Of a stretch of DNA of 27,569 bases, positions 11,052-21,051 are shown piece by piece. How positions within the stretch are numbered: position 1 is the stretch's first letter; every line of letters begins with the position of its first letter. The DNA lies in the NCBI GenBank assembly GCA_050230475.1, contig JBFLGF010000131.1, positions 62,001-89,569 of the forward strand. Direction: 5' to 3'. This DNA is from Ancylonema sp. (taxonomy: Eukaryota). The position numbers and the translations under genes were made by a program. A model generated the notes under the pieces. That model searched no databases. It was given only the letters and a program-made list of their open reading frames with translations, and was not told where the DNA came from.

Positions 11052-12790
11052 TGAGTAGTAAGCGGGTAGTCGGATGTAGATAAACGAAAGCGTCCCATAC
11101 ACAAATTCCACACCAATACACGTGTACGTTTGCGTCTCTAGACCCCATGAATGTTGTCTGCGCGTGCACTAAACCGCGTCTCTCAACACATTAGACACAT
11201 TACATCGCATCAAATAACTCTCCAAGTAATGTATCTATCTGTTGGAGAACTAAAAAGCTCATGTCTACGCATACGAAACACAAATGTGTCCTCGTCATTT
11301 ACATCTCGATTTTGAGGTCCCAAGTTCATCTCTCACGCTTAGGTGGCATTCCCTTCGAGAAACTCATTAAGGGGATAACTGGAGTTTGGCGCCGTAGAGT
11401 CACAATTCCCTTATGGCCAATGCGATGGGATCCGAGCGTATTATGAATTTATATTTTACATCTAATTTTCCCCAAGTCCACACACCACCCCCTCCCATCC
11501 ACTCACAACTCAAAATTGATGATGAAGTTGGCCAAGTCGTCGCCAATGGATCCTGACAGTTTGTTGACACTCACATCCTTGCATCGGAGGCCGATCGTGT
11601 AAGTTCCCACTATGAATTTATATAGAGGGCACTTTTTTTTTTGTAGGGACAAATGGGAGTAGCTCCATTGATGCACCATTCATGTAACCATTTGTTCATT
11701 GGTTTCGGATTTGTCCGGCTGTAAATTTTCAAGGCATGTTTATGGAAAAATATTATAAATCAACGACGTGAGCTAGGTGCGACCTCTTTTAGTGTTCCCC
11801 ATTCTCACATGCGCTGAAGGCTGGTAAGGGAGCGCGCCACATTTGCCGGTGAGTTGGTTGGAGTGGAATTCCGTGGGAGGTCACAATCATGAAAGTACGG
11901 AAAAACTCTTCATCTACGCTACATCTATTTGCTTACAAACAATGGTACTAAGTGGAGTGAAGGGTCATTCCGGAATTATTTGGGGAATTAAATGGAATAA
12001 GTTGGGACACGCCTCCAAAATCCACAAATTCGATGTTCACAACTGATTCAACAACTACAAGGTGAGGTGGCAAAATATGTTAACAATTGCAAGTGGCGAT
12101 GACATCAATCGTACTCTCATGTGTACGTTTGTTTCCGCTGTCACTAAATCAACATTCCCATTGTGAATCACAGTTTCGATAGTGTTTGAGTTTCCTACTA
12201 GTATGCATTTTAGAAATCAAAAAAAAAAAAAAACACCGTGCCCAAACTACCTCCTGCCAAATTAAGCACTCAAACAAAATGTCACTTACTCAAGTAAGTT
12301 TCCTACAATCACTTACGCCTAAGCCAGAAATATTCAAGAGGTATGCATTACTTTACACTGATTTTAACGTGAAGTATTTGATGTTGTGTTGCTCATGTAG
12401 ATGTCCATTCAAGAGTGAGAAAGGGTTTTTAAGTCGGCCGTGGTCAACAACGATAAATTTTTGAATTTTGAGTCGTGCATTTCCCACTCACACATAATGA
12501 AGGGAGTGCAACGCAGTGAAGCTCAACGGAATCGAGCCGGTCAAAGAGTTCTGATTCACCAACCTGCATGCATGACCCACAGGCGTGACTAATTTCGTGG
12601 GAAGATGCATTATGGCCCATTAACAACCTTCGACCCAACCACGATTGTAAAACGACGATTGTGAATGACTGCATCTGGAAGGTGGTCGGTAGACCGACCA
12701 ACCACACTTCCTGCTTCATTCTTTCAAGTGTTTTTTGAAATGTTCCAAACAAGATCAACAGATTATATTTTACACACGACAACTTTCAAT

Positions 12791-12823
12791 GCAAACGCAA
12801 ACGCAAACGCAAACGCAAACGCA
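12791..12823 (+). repeat. (GCAAAC)5 microsatellite in an LRR intron
   Basis: gcaaacgcaaacgcaaacgcaaacgcaaacgca. Confidence 0.95.
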
Positions 12824-13800
12824 TAAAGATGATTCATGACGCGAAAACGTATCCAAGGCGACATTCATTGACCTTATTTGTGCCTAATATGGACAACGCT
12901 AACTTCGTCCAAATGAGAATCAATCGACGAATGCAAGTGAAGAGCTCTTTCATAAAATGTACGCAGCTCTTCCTCTTCCCTTCCACCTTCGAATCCATTT
13001 CGTTCACATTTCATGAATCGCCCACTTACAATTGGGTAAGCCCGTCAAAAGTCCCGAGGCACCCGGAATTAATAAATCAAATAATACCAAATTGCCAATC
13101 GCACATACAGTAAAATCTCGTTCTATCTCACACTGACTCACAGGTTTATGAGATTGGTCAAGTTTTCAAAGTTGGGGGGAATCAATCCGGTGAGCATATT
13201 ATCATGCAACGACTTGTTGGTTGCCGACATAAACAACATGTTTGATAACGTGGATAACATAGATGACGTGGATAACATAGATGACGTGTAATAAGTTCTT
13301 CACAAAATCGACAATAGAGGTGTTCTTTTCAAATTGTTCCCCAATGACTAGTAAATTAATGAAATTTCAAGAAACAAGCACGAGGACACCAATTACTTTT
13401 GTATAATTAAAAAAAACCATATGATTGTGAGAATGAACGCCTCTGACCCAAAAAAAAAGCATATAGATCGCACATTCTCGTTATCGCTCTTGGTGACTCA
13501 CAGGTATGAGAGATTTATCAAGTTTCCTATGGTGGCGGGAATGGTTCCCTATAGCATGTTGGTATCCAAATACATGGTGGGTTCTAACGTGGACAACAAG
13601 ACTCATGAAGTGGTTAACCATTTAATTTCAACACATGCATCACTTGCACATAGGCCATCCCTTCCCAAAAAAAAAAAAAAAACACCTTTCAATTCTTTGA
13701 AGGAGAGCGGGCTACCAAAACTCACACGTCATCTTTTGAAGTCATGACTTGCAAAGTCCGAACATTTCAAATAACCCAACTCTAAAGGGATTCCTCCTCG

Positions 13801-15367
13801 AAGGTAGTTGGTAATAAGAGCAGTTCCGATATAGCTCTTCCTCAAAACATCAGCTACCTCCACACGGAATGCTTCACAAAGGGTATCCACATCTGGATTC
13901 CTTGGGCCAATAGAGACTTAGCTCCGCTTGATTGCATCTTGAAACAAGGGATTCTCGTCAAAGGCGCCTCCGTTTCCACTCTTGACCTTCACCGCAAGTG
14001 CGTGGTGCGACAGACCTTGCGCGAATTGCAGCTGATCTACCTGCACCTCTTACCAGACTCTGCCATCAACCTCTACGACCACATTTTACCACCCCGAGCT
14101 AAAGACATCACAAAGGGACAAATGCGGGAACTAGTGGCCAAGCAAGGACCTATCGACATAGTGAGGGGGACTTGGCACACAGAGACGCGCAGATCCTTCC
14201 GCGGTCTCCAAGGGGCCAATGATTGCTGCATCTTACCTTCGCCGTTCTGAAATGGCTGCACCCGCAGAACGGCATCTACGGATTCTTCCTAGTAATCCCA
14301 TTCTACACCGACATTGACTACCCGGAGTGCCCACTATGGGCACAATAAAACTACTACCTGGCGGAGGTATTTATGGGACCAACTTTAACCATTGACGCTA
14401 CTACATTGGGGGGCAATATCATTAAACCCACCATAATCTGGAATAATATACTCACACCCCGAGAGCTTTACTACTCCTTTCCGGCATGACAGTTTGGCAT
14501 GACTATGAATAACCACATCCTGGATCGTTCCCACACCTCGGTTACTGTAGCTCGGGAGGAAGTGACACACCAAGGACCCAACATCTATGACCAGCCACGA
14601 TGCGCTCTACCACAACTCCCACCATACCTGGACTCCCCAGAATGCTTCCTTCGACCAGATGGGACCAGGCTGTGGGATGGTTTATGACGCGCACCTGCAC
14701 CAATGGCAGGCACCAACACCCTACGATTTAGAACGCGCCTTGGGGCTGCACATCGGGATCACAACACACAAGATGATTGATCAACCCACCCGCGTTCAAT
14801 TCGTGGGACATTGCATGGACGACCGCATTACTACCTTTACTACCCATCAGTCCAAGATAAACCAAGTCAACCACAAACGAAATCAGAACCACCTACCAAA
14901 TCAAAGTCAACTACAATGTCCAATTCTACCAACAAGACAAAGTCAACCCATTTCACAAAGAAGCAAACACCCAGTTCAGACCCAAACATACTTGCTCACA
15001 AAAACCAACAACTTGGAATTTTTGAAGACCACAATGGCAACAACACGAACCAACACGACAATGGCAACCAAAACCAAACCGACCCAGTTATCCCACTCAC
15101 CAAGTACACCACAAATGCTTTGAGAACTTCACTCTCGATACTAAGGAATCTGTACCACTACCTACTATTGTACCACTAGAAGCATTGCATTTTACCTTAT
15201 CTCCGTGTACCACTTCCATCTCTATATTATTTGACTTTGATAGTGTACCACACTTGATTAATGATACTATACCCATACCTGTATCACCTCAAGACGCATC
15301 CTTATACACACCATGGCATTTCACAAACCTTGAGTACCACCTTAACCAACGACAACAAGAACGATAG
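13801..15367 (+). pseudogene. DNMT-like (C5 methyltransferase fold) retrotransposon cargo ORF, copy 2
   Basis: GIHIWIPWANRD..LDCILKQGILV..LQLIYLHLLPDSAI...LP..AKDIT...QGPIDIVRGTWHTE..RGLQG / WLHPQ..GFFLVIPFY...FMGPTLTIDATTLGGNIIKPTIIWNN / ALPQLPPY / GMVYDAHLHQWQAPTPYDLERALGLHIGIT...RVQFVGHCMD. The order and spacing match motifs I-X of retrotransposon-borne DNMTs. Confidence 0.78.
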
Positions 15368-15553
15368 ACTTGACAACGCTCCAATCACTATCCTGGACCT
15401 CCGTCACCCTGAACACAAATGATTTCCTGTGTTTCCAAGAACACCAAATTCTAGTGACATACCAGACCAACCAACCAAGAGTTACCTAACCACTCTACTT
15501 CGTACTCTCGTCTGCTGCTGTGACCCAACTTCTCTACGATAGTTCCGTAGCTT

Positions 15554-15565
15554 GGGGGGGGGGGA
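15554..15565 (+). promoter_or_regulatory. Polypurine tract (G11A) of the family X element
   Basis: G-run immediately followed by TGAGAGC and by sequence homologous to the other family X LTR. Confidence 0.65.
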
Positions 15566-16245
15566 TGAGAGCAACCGGGCCACCTCGAGTACCATCCAAA
15601 CATTCTGAAGCACCACCTAAAGCCGACTAAGTACAATATCCATCGACTTCAGGAGTACGCATCTACAACACTTCAACTATCTAGTACTTCCCAACAACTA
15701 TCAACTACATCGATGACACCTTCGAGTTCTGCAAAACCTCTTGAAGAGCAACAGACTCCAAACCGCAGGTCAGTTGTCAAACCGCTAGGGATTGTCAAGT
15801 AGAAATCCCTCGATACTGATATCGACACCTCTCTAGTAAAATACCTTGCTATAAACAACCAGATTCGATATAACAAGAATAGAAAGCTATCGAGATTTCA
15901 ATTTGAAGTTAGAATCAATACCTCGCAAAATCCAACAATTTGAGTAAACTCGAAAACAACGCGTGGCGTATTTTCCGAGTGTGATATGCAGCGGTCGTAC
16001 CATAGAGACTTTATGCGATTATCAAGCGCTTTGCGCAAATTTCTTATCCACGATGATATTTCTGACTTGTCGATGGTATCGTGGCGATAAAATCTAGTCG
16101 TACAATAATTGACGTTTATCTTTGTAGCGTCAAGATTGAATAGAACATTCTAGAGTACACCCTCTCGATTGACAATGTTGATGAACTCTCGTTAGTCTAC
16201 CGATTAACATCGCGCAACAAAAAGACTTTCAGTTGTAACATAATC
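15566..16245 (+). mobile_element. Family X 3' LTR, 5' part (truncated)
   Basis: Starts TG after the PPT. aacgcgtggcgtattttccga (~15958) and gacttgtcgat..ggcgataaaatctagtcgta (~16064-16102) are inverted matches to ~5663-5683 and ~5558-5594. Confidence 0.7.
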
Positions 16246-16247
16246 TT

Positions 16248-16809
16248 CCAACATCTTGCGTCCGCACATAGGGCTACCTCCTTGAATATAGCAATTCCCT
16301 CTTCCTCCCCCTCCGTCTCCTCCCCATCTATCCCTTGCACTCTGTCCCATACCAACCACGTGACCCCACACGTCCCCCTTCCTCCCTCCCTCCACCAGCC
16401 CATATCATCCGCAATCCCATTGCTCCCCTTCCCTACCATACCTTCAATTTTCTAGCAACACGCCATCCTCCCACCCCATCCCCGCCCCTCTACGCCCCGT
16501 TGTTCAACTATAACGAGGGAAATACATGACTCACTCAACTCGCACCCGAGCCCCTAGCATCTTGGAGGAGTCGTGGGGCGTCTCCCCCATCCCCGTCCCC
16601 GGCCCCACCTACAAGGTGCTACTTTGCCGCATTCCAATCCGTTGTCGCCTGAAGTCGTGAACAAAACATCAACTTGTCCGATACACAAGAAGAAGGGCAA
16701 AAAACAACGCGTACCTGATGCGTACGGAAACGTGCGAGATCGAGATCGGAGCGGGAATCACAAATCGACGCTGTGGCCGTTTCTCACGCCGCAGGGCAGC
16801 CGTTGACGT
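16248..16809 (+). repeat. ~550-bp direct repeat, copy 1
   Basis: Near-identical to 19709-20250 (ccaacatcttgcgtccgcacataggg ... gcagggcagccgttgacgt), with a few indels. Confidence 0.95.
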
Positions 16810-17536
16810 CTGATAGCAGCCATTGACAATGACGGAGAGAGCGGACTCCTGACAACACTTTGCAGAAAGATCAGTGTGCGCAGTCTTACGTCCATTCGAG
16901 TGCCTGCATTTGTGCAGGAGCTGACTGGGTCAGTAAATGCGGTCCTTTCGCAACCCCCTTCCGGCGATCGACTCCACCGCACGTTCGGCGACCAGTTATT
17001 CTGCAGTCACAAGCATCAGCACAGAAGCCGCGTAGAAACACCAGAACAAACGGGTACGACGGGGGATCAGAACCGAAAGGATGTCGTCGCCCTGAACTTG
17101 TAGACATGTGAGGAGCGCAAGCTACGTCACGTAGCTCGCACTAGCCCGTGCGCAGGATTACATCCACATGCGCTAAAGCGGCGAAGCGTGTCAGTAGTCA
17201 ATTTTATACGCTGCATCCAAGAGCTGCAAGAGGTGCCATGGACGTGGATACGAGCACCACATTATCGAGCAACGGTCGTCCATCGTTCTCTTGCCCCGTG
17301 TGTGAGTAGGCAGCAAGATGCCCGACCATCTGCATTCGCGTTTCTCGTTTGTAGCACCAAGTCTTTGTAATGAACACTGAAACAAAGCACTAAAGATGTT
17401 TTGTGAATGAACATGTACAGTGAATACTGCCGGCTTGGACGTGGTACGATCATACCTGGGCTACTACGCCGGATCCCATCAGAACTCCGCAGCTAAGCGC
17501 CCATGGGCGAGAATAGTACTACCTTGGGTGACCAGG
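16810..17536 (+). pseudogene. Possible multi-exon gene fragment of unknown product
   Basis: Protein-like frames LIAAIDNDGESGLLTTLCRKISVRSLTSIRVPAFVQEL, VVNFIRCIQELQEVPWTWIRAPHY and NTAGLDVVRSYLGYY..RPWARIVLPW, bounded by CAG and GTGAGT/GTGGG sites. Confidence 0.3.
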
Positions 17537-17734
17537 TGGGAAGTCCTCGTGTCGTACCCAATTCCCTGTTTTATATTTTCGTTTTCTCTGTTTTTTAATT
17601 TTCGTTTTACACCCCCTTATCTCCAAGTTCGCCACGTTCTGCCATCAAAACACATTTCCTCACCAATCGTTCGGCCTCGATTCTGATTAACCACACGGTA
17701 ATACAGTGCGTTGTCCTCTCGGGCAAACCATCCA

Positions 17735-19700
17735 TCATAGCCTCCTCGAGTCTAATTCTGGTGGCCACTCAAGTGACGACCACCTTGCCATCCAACAACA
17801 ACAGACAAGCCGTTGAAACCGCGCATGCACGGACTCCACCATACATAGTTGCGTTGGAAATTTTGGGACGAGCCGCGAGGCTCCATTTCCTTGGATGTTG
17901 TTTCCCCATCCCATGTTGGATGTTGTACATTCTTTCGCCAAATTTGGAATGTCCGTGAGTCCACGTGGCGGAAAAAAATCCGCCAAACATAACCGATCGA
18001 CAACAATTTCAACCATCCACTAGAACGGTGGTTTCCAGTCGATGAAACACGAATGCACACGCGGTGCACGAGCTAATCGATGAAACATTAAAAGCGAGTG
18101 CACGCCCAACACCGGCTTTACCACTCTCATATTCCTCGTGCCAAGCACAATAATGCTAGGCTACATCCGACCGATCGACTCATCAAATAGTCGACATGAC
18201 ACCCACGCTCGTACAAGCACGCATTGGTCTTCGGGTGGACGATAGATCGGACAACGTCGACAACGCTTGATGGAGGAAACCGTTCCCCCAAGAAAAGACA
18301 TTGTGCTACACGATCGCTTGTTGCTCACCCCTCGTGAATTCATCTTTGAACACTCGTGTTCGTGAGATTTGTGGCATCCAACTTCCCAATCAACCCTTTT
18401 TTTCTTCTTGGGCAATTTGATCCGGGACCGGTTTTTTACAATTTTGCGCAACAAACAATGCAAAACAATGAACACAACCGATTGAGCTATAAGCAATGCA
18501 CCTTCAAGACCAAAAACGTCCCGAACGCCATTGGCCAAACACACGCGTGTGGTTAAAACGTCCGAATGACAACAAAAAAATCTTTAAAACAGGAGGGGGG
18601 GTGGGGGGGGGGGGGGTGGGGAAAACAATGGTACAATAACAACATAAATGTAATTTGAAAGTACGGACCAAAAATTGAAGCAACAAAATAAGAATAACAA
18701 CAAATAACGCACTTCACTCGTATATTGTGTCGTTGTCCAGACGGCCGTACACGCGTACAGACGTGTGATAGACGTCTGCACGCATTTTGCCGATCGCAAA
18801 ACGACTGTACACATGCATTTACGTCCAGACACACGGCCGTTTGGCTGCACATATGTGTGGTCTTAGCCCCGCCCAACGAAAAGTATAGATTTGTTGAATT
18901 TTGACGTTTGGCGTTTGCCACACCCGCTCTTGTTTCATTGCGGTTTAGTGAAAGGTAAGACGACGCTCTTCGTACATACACAACAGTTGGTACCGACTCT
19001 CCTCAAACGTGAGTCGTTGAACCGACATTATTTCCTATTAGACGTAGCAAGAACCCGATTTCAAATTTTGCAAAATTATTACGCACACTCGAATCACTTC
19101 GATCGCACCTCTACAACAAGAAACATAAGCAAGGTTCCACTTCCACCACTCTAATTTGACATAGTGTGACATGCTCTATTTAAATACAGAGCATTGCGAA
19201 GATCAAGAAGACAACATCCTCCCCATACCCTCCATTAAACTACTCTGCATTCTATAAAAAGAAACAACACGTATGACCAACAAAGAGTGTAGGCCAAGGA
19301 CAGTTGGGCGTAAACATCCGTGAACCACTTCATGAAGCTAGTCACATACACACATAGAGAGTGATGTAACTGGATGAGAAGGATTGTTAAGTGCTTGAGT
19401 GTCATCACAAACCTCATCGAGACCCCTAGAGCATGAACAAAACGCATGTAATAACTTAATCACTTACTTCATTAACAAGCACAAAACCCGCCATTTTTTT
19501 GTAATGCTCCACCTTCTCACGTCACCACCTCGTCACAAAGTCATCTTCCTTTCGCGTTCAATCTTGTACGCAGGCTATATCTATTCTTCAACTTGCTTTT
19601 CCCTCCCTATGCGTCCTTAGGCATAGAAAATGGTCGCCGGGAAGTTCATTGCCTCTACACAACATGAACTGATTCACGGGCGATGTCCCATCCCCCCATT
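17735..19700 (-). pseudogene. Degenerate intron-containing gene remnants (possibly a DNA transposase)
   Basis: Protein-like segments on the minus strand (LNNPSHPVTSLSMC..LHEVVHGCLRPTVLGLHSL; LLCMYEERR..WQTPNVK; VVDVVRSIVHPKTNACLYERGCHVDY) separated by T-rich intron-like DNA. No diagnostic motif recognised. Confidence 0.25.
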
Positions 19701-19708
19701 CCAACATC

Positions 19709-20250
19709 CCAACATCTTGCGTCCGCACATAGGGCGACCTCCTTGAATATAGCAATTCCCTCTTCCGCCCCCTCCGTCTCCTCCCCATCTATCCCTTGCA
19801 ATCTTTCCCATACCAACCACTTGACCCCACACGTCACACGTCCCCCTTCCTCCCTCCCTCCACCAGCCCATATCATCCGCAATCCCATTGCTCCCCTTCC
19901 CTACTCAATTTTCTAGCAACACGCCATCCTCCCACCCCATCCCCGCCCCTCTACGCCCCGTTGTTCAACTATAACGAGGGAAATACCTGACTCACTCAAC
20001 TCGCACCCGAGCCCCTAGCATCTTGGAGGAGTCGTGGGGCGTCTCCCCCATCCCCGTCCCCGGCCCCACCTACAAGGTGCTACTTTGCCGCATTCCAATC
20101 CGTTGTCGCCTGAAGTCGTGAACAAAACATCAACTTGTCCGGAAACAACGCGGACCTGATGCGCACGGAAACGTGCGAGAACGAGATAGGAGCGGGAATA
20201 AAAAATCGACGCGGTGGCCGTTTCTCACGCCGCAGGGCAGCCGTTGACGT
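19709..20250 (+). repeat. ~550-bp direct repeat, copy 2
   Basis: Matches 16248-16809. Confidence 0.95.
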
Positions 20251-20332
20251 TTTCAAGAAACTTTCAAAAATCTTTCCAAAAGCCTTTCAAGTTTAGTATT
20301 TAAATTTAGCAACTCCTGGCTAACGCTAGTTC

Positions 20333-20794
20333 TGTTAGAATATTTTGGATAGCCATATGTTATGCGTGCTAGTCCAGTTGTTACCGGTTACTCTAACCGG
20401 GAGCAATATTCTAGTTGTGCCTGTATGCGGGGCCGGGCAAGTTTGTGCCCGGGCACGTGACATGTTTCCGACGCTTAGAGTCGTTATTTGGTCGAAGCGT
20501 CGTGACTGGTTAGTTGAGTCGTGTCAGAAATGTCCGGCATGTGCCGTTGACATGTAGAAGAGCTGTCAGTCAATGATAGGCCGACGGTCAATTGTGCCGA
20601 CCGTCGGCACGCAACGATCTGTAAAGCGCATCGGGTATTACCATCCCCCCGATGCAATCACAATTAAATAATAATTCGTTCCACACACGCAACTCCTGTC
20701 TCGTTGATCATCAGTGATAGAGATCCTTTTGCGTACGGTTCGTTTTGTCGCCCCCCTAATTATTCCGGCAAGTCTAATCACTCAAAAGCTTATA
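20333..20794 (+). repeat. Copia 5' LTR (TGTT...TTATA)
   Basis: Homologous to 26537-26980 and followed by the PBS. Confidence 0.92.
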
Positions 20795-20806
20795 GGTTAT
20801 AGGCCC
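20795..20806 (+). promoter_or_regulatory. Primer-binding site, half-tRNAiMet type
   Basis: ggttataggccc, one mismatch from the GGTTATGGGCCC PBS of copia-type (hemivirus) elements. Confidence 0.85.
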
Positions 20807-21051
20807 ACGTGCGGTCTAGTTCAGACGCCGTGTTGGTTCAAAACTAAAGGCTCCACGCGATTTCGCTGCGGTAATCTTTGTGAACGGTATATTCTGCCAG
20901 TGAGCGCAAATATATTCGTAGTTGTTAAGGTCTGCACGTAATTTTGACATTGCGCTGCAAGCTTTCGAGCTGAGTGCTGCAGTGCAGGATTTGCACAGAG
21001 AACTCGAGCTGTGCGAGAATTTTTGTAAAGTCCTACACAATAGCTGCCATA

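Larger units (their letters stand above)
10750..13800 (-). pseudogene. Intron-rich plant-type extracellular LRR gene (receptor-like), pseudogenised
   Basis: Same-phase 72-nt exons followed by GTGAGT donors: 13502-13573 YLDTNML*GTIPATIGNLINLSYL, 13142-13213 SLHDNMLTGLIPPNFENLTNLINL, 12492-12563 LVNQNSLTGSIPLSFTALHSLHY, 11507-11578 DVSVNKLSGSIGDDLANF. Also GGIPLELGYL (~13770-13800), FHSNQLTG (~11850) and an LRRNT-like WIGVT (~10840). Confidence 0.85.

Noticed and set aside
13801..14830. Active DNA methyltransferase gene
   Set aside because: Frameshifts and a stop are present, and the canonical FxGxG, PC and ENV motifs are absent
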